DNA from: Macrostomum lignano
Lineage: Eukaryota
DNA length: 64,000 nucleotides
Reading direction: 5' to 3'
Assembly: GCA_002269645.1 (NCBI GenBank)
Contig: NIVC01000667.1
Span: 372,001 to 436,000, forward strand
The notes below the pieces were generated by a model that worked only from the letters and a program-made list of their open reading frames with translations, did no database searches and was not told where the DNA came from. Shown here in pieces: positions 55,680 to 64,000 of the stretch. Every line of letters begins with the position of its first letter. Positions within the stretch are counted from its first letter, which is position 1. The translations under genes and the position numbers were made by a program.

Positions 55680-56365
55680 GCGGGCACTGGCACAAGCGGG
55701 CACTGGCACAATCGGGCACTGGCACAAGCGGGCACTGGCACAAGCGGGCACTGGCACAAGCGGGCACTGGCACTGGCGGGCACTGGCACAAGCGGGCACT
55801 GGCACAAACGGGCACTGCCACAAGCGGGCACTGGCACAAGCGGGCACTGGCACAAGCGGGCACTGGCACAAGCGGGCACTGGCACAAGCGGGCACTGGCA
55901 CAAGCGGGCACTGGCACAAGCGGGCACTGGCACAAGCGGGCACTGGCACAAGCGGGCACTGGCACAAGCGGGCACTGGCACAAACGGGCACTGGCACAAA
56001 CGGGCACTGCCACAAGCGGGCACTGGCACAAGCGGGCACTGGCACAAACGGGCACTGGCACAAGCGGGCACTGGCACAAACGGGCACTGGCACAAACGGG
56101 CACTGGCACAAATGGGCACTGGCACAAGCGGGCACTGGCACAAGCGGGCACTGGCACAAACGGGCACTGGAACAAGCGGGCACTGGCACAAACGGGCACT
56201 GGAACAAGCGGGCACTGGCACAAACGGGCACTGGCACTGGCGGCCACTGCCACAAACGGGCACTGGCACAAACGGGCACTGGCACAAGCGGGCACTAGCA
56301 CAAACGGGCACTGGCACAAACGGGCACTGGCACAAACGGGCACTGGCACAAACGGGCACTGGCGC
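55680..56365. repeat. 16-bp GC-rich minisatellite
   Basis: (G/A)CGGGCACTGGCACAA x~43. Confidence 0.96.
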
Positions 56366-57199
56366 AAGCGCTCAGGCAAATGCCAGCAGCCAGAGTCAAC
56401 ATTAGCGCATCATCACAAAGTATTCAATTATATCAGTTCCCTGAAGCACCTGCTGAGCACCGTTGAAGCCGCAGTCATTCAATACTATGGCCAACAGGGC
56501 TTCAACTTTATCTTCCGTCTCTCCGTACACCAGACATGCGATTAAATACTCGTAGCCAATTCGATGTCGAAGTGAACAAGTCGGAGTGTTAGTTCCACTT
56601 GAACCAATCTTGCTGTCATTCCAGCCGGGACCCTAACCACAGCATCCCTCAATTTCTACTACAATTTACAAGTTGCTCAGGGACCTGTGGTCTCCTGTTC
56701 TTTAGTAATTGCAAGTTGCTATGACCATTGGCTGCAGTATAGGGGGGGGGGGGTTACTATCTGACGTTGAGTGGGTGGAGTTTCTCCTCTTTCTATATGA
56801 GTATAACACCCAGGCCAGCGGCGATATTGGGAAGACTATTGACAGGTCCCATCACCGATTCCCCACCTCACTCTCTTTCTCTCTCTCTGCTCGCCCGTCA
56901 CCTGCAAGTGGGCTCTGGCTTAGACCACGCCTGGGGCGGGCCGGGGACTCCCAGATCTTAAAGAGAGTCTGGAATGGAGACCGGCCCAGTCATGCATATT
57001 TTAAAAGCCATTGGGCGTTCTGTTTCGGCATCCTAATTTATGGAGATCGATTAAAACTTTCGCTGTTGCCAAGCCGCCTCCTCTTAAACTGAAGTTCATT
57101 CTAGCATCTATTCTAGGAAGTACTCATCTGACCTAATTTTACCTGTAGCTTCTCGCACAAGATTCACCCCCATAAGGCCGGGCTCACAGGTGCTAGGGT

Positions 57200-57515
57200 G
57201 GCAGGTCTTGTGCAGGTCTTGTGCAGGTCTTGTGCAGGTCTTGTGCAGGTCTTGTGCAGGTCTTGTGCAGGTCTTGTGCAGGTCTTGTGCAGGTCCCACG
57301 ATAAGTAGGTCAGATGAGTATGTCAGATGAGTATGTCAGATGAGTATGTCAGATGAGTATGTCAGATGAGTATGTCAGATGAGTATGTCAGATGAGTATG
57401 TCAGATGAGTATGTCAGATGAGTATGTCAGATGAGTATGTCAGATGAGTATGTCAGATGAGTATGTCAGATGAGTATGTCAGATGAGTATGTCAGATGAG
57501 TATGTCAGATGAGTA
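57200..57515. repeat. Adjacent 11-bp (GTCTTGTGCAG) and 13-bp (GTCAGATGAGTAT) tandem arrays
   Basis: Direct inspection. Confidence 0.95.
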
Positions 57516-57853
57516 GGCCAGCTACATGTAAGTGAGCTTGTAAAGTAAACATAATAAAAGTGTCAAATATGTGCCGGTTTCCACTATTTCTAGTGTCTTT
57601 ATGCTCATAGTGTAGCTTATAGTCATAGCTTAGGCCACCATATCTATTAATTTATATACACACAAGCGTTTTAACATAATATGAGTACGCTGAGGCCAGC
57701 AGCCTCACTTCACTCTCTGTCGGGGGAATTTTTCGTCTTAAAAATTGCTTCTGCAGCTGGGGTTCATTTTCTGCTCAGCTGGATGAAATAAGATCGGGGG
57801 GGGGGGCAAAAATATTCTGGCAAAAACTTCTTCGAGCCAGATTAACAACTGTG

Positions 57854-58505
<652 letters not shown>

Positions 58506-58934
58506 GGCAAGCGGTGGACAGCTTAAAAGCAGGCCATTCTTAGCTACAAAAGCCCTGAGTGCACTCATCAGCTTAGGCCCAAGCCAGCGAATCCCGCTTA
58601 AACCTGATCTGACTCTTTTCCCAATCCCAAGCCCCAAAGTCAACCCCACTTTCCTGGGGCTAAATTTCGGTCTACAGTTGCTTCCCAATTCCCACAGTGG
58701 CTACCGGCTTAGGGTAGCAGCACGAAGGGGATGACAGGAAGTAAAGTGGGAAAAGTGGGAGAGATCAAGTGAAGCAGACTGTGAGAGGTTGAGTCCGCGG
58801 GTTGTCTGGTTAGTGAATCCCTCAGTTCTCATTTGATAGCATGGCAAAGTGGCTGTGCAGAGCAGCCTTGGTAATCGGCGTTGAGAACGAAAAAGTCAAG
58901 AGAGGAAGAAAATAAGATCTAAACTCAGATACCA

Positions 58935-61045
58935 CACCCTGTCTCTCAGTATCCCACACCCTGTCTCTCAGTATCCCACAGCCTGTCTCTCAGTATCCCA
59001 CACCCTGTCTCTCAGTATCCCACACCCTGTCTCTCAGAATCCAACACCTTGTCTCTCAGTATCCCACATCCTGTTCTCTCAGTATCCCACACCCTGTTTC
59101 TAAGTATCCCACACCCTGTCTCTCAGTATGCCACACTCTGTCTCTCAGTATGCCACACCTGTCTCTCAGTATGCCACACTCTCTCTCTCTCTTAGGATCC
59201 CACACCCTGTCTCTCAGTATCCCACACCCTGTCTCTCAGTATCCCACACCCTGTTTCTCAGTATCCCACACCCTGTTTCTAAGTATCCCACACCCTGTCT
59301 CTCAGTATCCCACACCTTGTTTCTAAGTATCCCACACCCTGTCTCTCAGTATCCCACACCCTGTCTCTTAGCATCCCACACCCTGTCTCTCAGTATCCAA
59401 CATCCTATCTCTCAGTATGCCACACCTGTCTCTCAGTATCCCACACCCTGTCTCTCAGTATCCCACACCCTGTCTCTCAGTATCCCACACCCTGTCTCTC
59501 AGTATCCCACACCTGTCTCTCAGTATCCCACATCCCACACCCTGTCTCTCAGTATCCCACACCCTGTCTCTTAGCATCCCACACCCTGTCTCTCAGTATC
59601 CAACATCCTATCTCTCAGTATCCCACACTCTGTTTCTCAGTATCCCACATCCCACACCCTATCTCTCAGAATGCCACACACTGTCTCTCAGAATGCCACA
59701 CACTGTCTCTCAGTATCCCACATCCTGTCTTTCAGTATGCCACACCCTGTTTCTAAGTATCCCACACCCTGTCTCTCAGTATGCCACACTCTGTTTCTAA
59801 GTATCCCACACCCTGTCTCTCAGTATCCCACACCCTGTCTCTCAGTATCCCACACCCTGTTTCTAAGTATCCCACACCCTGTTTCTAAGTATCCCACACC
59901 CTGTCTCCCAGTATCCCACATTCTGTTTCTCAGTATCCCACATCCCACACCCTATCTCTCAGAATGCCACACACTGTCTCTCAGAATGCCACACTCTGTC
60001 TCTCAGTATCCCACACCCTGTCTCTCAGTATCCCACACCCTGTCTCTCAGTATCCCACACCCTGTTTCTCAGTATCCCACATCCCACACCCTATCTCTCA
60101 GAATGCCACACACTGTCTCTCAGAATACCACACACTGTCTCTCAGTATCCCACACCCTGTCTCTCAGTATCCCACACCCTGTTTCTAAGTATCCCACACC
60201 CTGTCTCTCAGTATCCCACACTCTGTTTCTCAGTATCCCACACTCTGTCTCTCAGTATCCCACACTCTGTCTCTCAGTATCCCACACCCTGTTTCTAAGT
60301 ATCCCACACCCTGTCTCCCAGTATCCCACACCCTGTCTCTCAGAATCCAACACCTTGTCTCTCAGTATCCCACATCCTGTTCTCTCAGTATCCCACACCC
60401 TGTCTCTCAGTATCCCACACCCTGTCTCTCAGTATGCCACACCTGTCTCTCAGTATGCCACACCTGTCTCTCAGTATCCCACACCCTGTCTCTCAGTATG
60501 CCACACCTGTCTCTCAGTATCCCACACCCTGTCTCTCAGTATGCCACACTCTGTCTCTTAGCATCCCACACCCTGTCTCTCAGTATCCCACACCCTGTCT
60601 CTCAGTATCCCACACCCTGTTTCTAAGTATCCCACACCTTGTCTCTCAGTATCCCACACCCTGTCTCTCAGTATCCCACACCCTGTTTCTAAGTATCCCA
60701 CACCCTGTCTCTCAGTATGCCACACCTGTCTCTCAGTATCCCACATCCCACACCCTGTCTCTCAGTATCCCACACTCTGTCTCTCAGTATCCCACACCCT
60801 GTCTCTCAGTATCCCACACCCTGTTTCTAAGTATCCCACACCCTGTCTCTCAGTATCCCACACCCTGTCTCTCAGTATCCCACACCCTGTTTCTAAGTAT
60901 CCCACACCCTGTCTCTCAGTATGCCACACCTGTCTCTCAGTATCCCACATCCCACACCCTGTCTCTCAGTATCCCACACCCTGTCTCTCAGTATCCCACA
61001 CTCTGTCTCTCAGTATGCCACACCCTGTCTCTCAGTATGCCACAC
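58935..61045. repeat. 22-bp minisatellite, ~2.1 kb
   Basis: CAGTATCCCACACCCTGTCTCT and variants. Confidence 0.96.
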
Positions 61046-61379
61046 CTAAAAACCCGTCTGAGAATATTAAGCAAAATAATCTCAATTTATAAGTGATTAT
61101 TGTACAGAAAAAGCAAAATTTATTATAATTTGTGCGACTATTATTAATAATATTGTACAGCAAAATATGATTAATTAGATTGCGCCACAACCAGTTATTC
61201 CAACTAGCCAATTGTGTAGGGCAATATATCATTCATTAATCCATTAATATTCATTAAAATTCAGTAAATATCAGTTTAAAAAATAAAAAAACTATTTCGA
61301 TTTTGTATGTAATATTCTCTCTTTGATTTAGTCGCAAGATCAAATTTCGACTTCATTTTAGAGCCAATTATCTTCTTAA

Positions 61380-61535
61380 TTTTATAGCAATTATCGACTC
61401 AATTTTAGAGCCAATTATCGACTCAATTTTAGAGCCAATTATTGACTCAATTTTAGAGCCAATTATTGACTCTATTTGACAATCACTTAATTAATTATCG
61501 ACTCATTTACATTAGCCAATTATCGACTCAATTAT
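61380..61535. repeat. Short 24-bp tandem repeat
   Basis: GAGCCAATTATCGACTCAATTTTA x~4 plus degenerate copies. Confidence 0.85.
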
Positions 61536-61557
61536 CGGTTGAATTGCCAAATGCCTT

Positions 61558-63043
61558 TCACACGGGCATGTCGTCATCGGGGCCATATGACCGGTTCAAG
61601 CTGCCGCCCCCGGACAGACAGGTCATCCCGTACAGCTGGTAGGCGCTTAGCTGGGCCAGTTTGTTTGTCGCCCCGTTGCCCATAGCAACAGCTGCGTCAT
61701 GGCGCTCGAAACCGCCGTCTTGAATCTCGTTGACATTGTGAGCGACATCACCTCCGCTTCCGGCGCCGCCGACGCCGCCCACAACGCCGGATTCTTCATC
61801 CGGAGAGCAGCCGCAGAGGCCGCGCTTCTTCATAGCCTTCACCACCAGGCCTGAGTAGCGTCTCGGACGGACTCGGCTGGAAAAATATCTCTTCTCCTCC
61901 ATCAGGCAGTCTTGATCAACCGTGCCGATGTTGTGCTCAAACAGGTCGGCACCGAGCAGCTCCTCTTCGATGGTCATGCGGATGCCCATGGTTAACTTCA
62001 GCAGCTGGAGTGCAAGGGGGAGTGGTGTCTTACCGACAGTAGAGGCGGGTGAGGAGTGAGGTGGGTGAGGAGTGAGGTGGGTGAGGAGTGAGGTGAGTGA
62101 GGAGTGAGGTGAGTGAGGAGTGAGGTGGGTGAGGAGTGAGGTGGGTGAGGAGTGAGGTGAGTGAGGAGTGAGGTGAGTGAGGAGTGAGGTGGGTGAGGAG
62201 TGAGGTGAGTGAGGAGTGAGGTGGGTGAGGAGTGAGGTGGGTGAGGCGTGAGGTGGATGAGGAGTGAGGTGGGTGAGGAGTGAGGTGGGTGAGGAGTGAG
62301 GTGAGTGAGGAGTCTGGTGGGTGAGGAGTGAGGTGGGTGAGGAGTGAGGTGAGTGAGGAGTGAGGTGGGTGAGGAGTGAGGTGGGTGAGGAGTGAGGTGG
62401 GTGAGGAGTGAGGTGGGTGAGGAGTGAGGTGGGTGAGGAGTGAGGTGAATAAAGAGCACAGTGGGTGATACTTAATGGCTTCAGAATGACGATGAAAAGA
62501 GCGGCTGGAGCAATAAAAAGTGCATTTCAAATATGGTTCGATTCTGTAGAGTGTAGAAGTAAGGATCGACTAAGTTAGAGAATTTCTTAATAAATCATAT
62601 TTTCTAATTGAATAATTAGCTTTCAATAAATGTGACGCTCGCCAACTCCAACGTTTTGAACTGAAGCTGTAGTATAGAAGTGTAGCTCAATAGAGTGGAA
62701 GAAGAGAGGGCCCAGAGCGACAGGCTCAGAACTTGAGGCTCAGCAGCACTCAAGTGACTGACTGACGGAAGTGAATTATAAAAAAATTGCAGCAGACTTC
62801 TTCAACACAAAGCAATTCTAGACAAAGAATAACAGGAAGGATGTCGAATCTCAAACAAGAATTTGTGAGACGCACCCCAAGAGACAGAACGGTGACGATG
62901 GCGCTCCAGCAAGCGATGCACACGCAGGTGAGCAGCTGAACTCCCAGCAGGTGGAAGCCGCCACCGTGCAGCAGACCCTTCTGACCATTGTTCATGCCGT
63001 CTAGAGGGTCCTGGTCCACGAATATGCCGCAAGCTAGCATGCC
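61558..63043 (-). CDS. Ammonium transporter (Amt family), last two coding exons; gene extends off the right edge
   Basis: Exon 63043-62876 (GMLACGIF...KGLLHGGGFHLLGVQLL...VLSLG) and exon 62004-61558 (LLKLTMGIRMTIEEELLGADLFEHNIG...stop), phase 0 with canonical sites. GL.HGGG..LGVQ and R...EEE..G.D..EH are Amt TM11/C-terminal signatures. Confidence 0.88.
62045..62447. repeat. 17-bp minisatellite in the Amt intron
   Basis: GTGAGGAGTGAGGTG(G/A)G x~23. Confidence 0.95.
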
Positions 63044-63060
63044 CTGAAGTGGGATGGGAG

Positions 63061-64000
<940 letters not shown>

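Noticed and set aside
55422-56405. 327-aa AGTGTSGHWHKR repeat ORF
   Set aside because: 16-bp repeat read through all three frames in turn; flanks show no recognisable domain or splice support.
59128-61096. His/Pro/Ser-rich ORFs
   Set aside because: Translations of the 22-bp minisatellite.

Overview
Eukaryotic (metazoan) genomic DNA, extremely rich in intronic micro- and minisatellites; the style suggests an invertebrate such as a free-living flatworm, but that is inference. Spliced genes reconstructed by hand: the 5' two coding exons of an EF-hand rhomboid protease (-, runs off the left edge); three tandem copies of a secreted-type M1 zinc aminopeptidase (-, each with 4 small 5' exons, a GC-AG intron and one ~2.4 kb exon; copy 3 intact, copies 1 and 2 each with a 1-bp deletion); a ~14-exon non-NMDA (kainate/AMPA-like) ionotropic glutamate receptor (+); a 2-exon NPY/NPF-receptor-like GPCR (+); and the last two exons of an ammonium transporter (-). 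Mobile DNA: a 1245-bp truncated Crypton-like element, with its empty site visible in the neighbouring duplicate unit; a 390-bp foldback MITE with P-element-like ends and an 8-bp TSD; and a 1279-bp hAT-like element inserted inside a coding exon of the glutamate receptor, where its end plus TSD creates a splice acceptor that could let it be removed as a new intron. Most long ORFs in the supplied track are translations of tandem repeats or antisense shadows. No CRISPR or rRNA was found.
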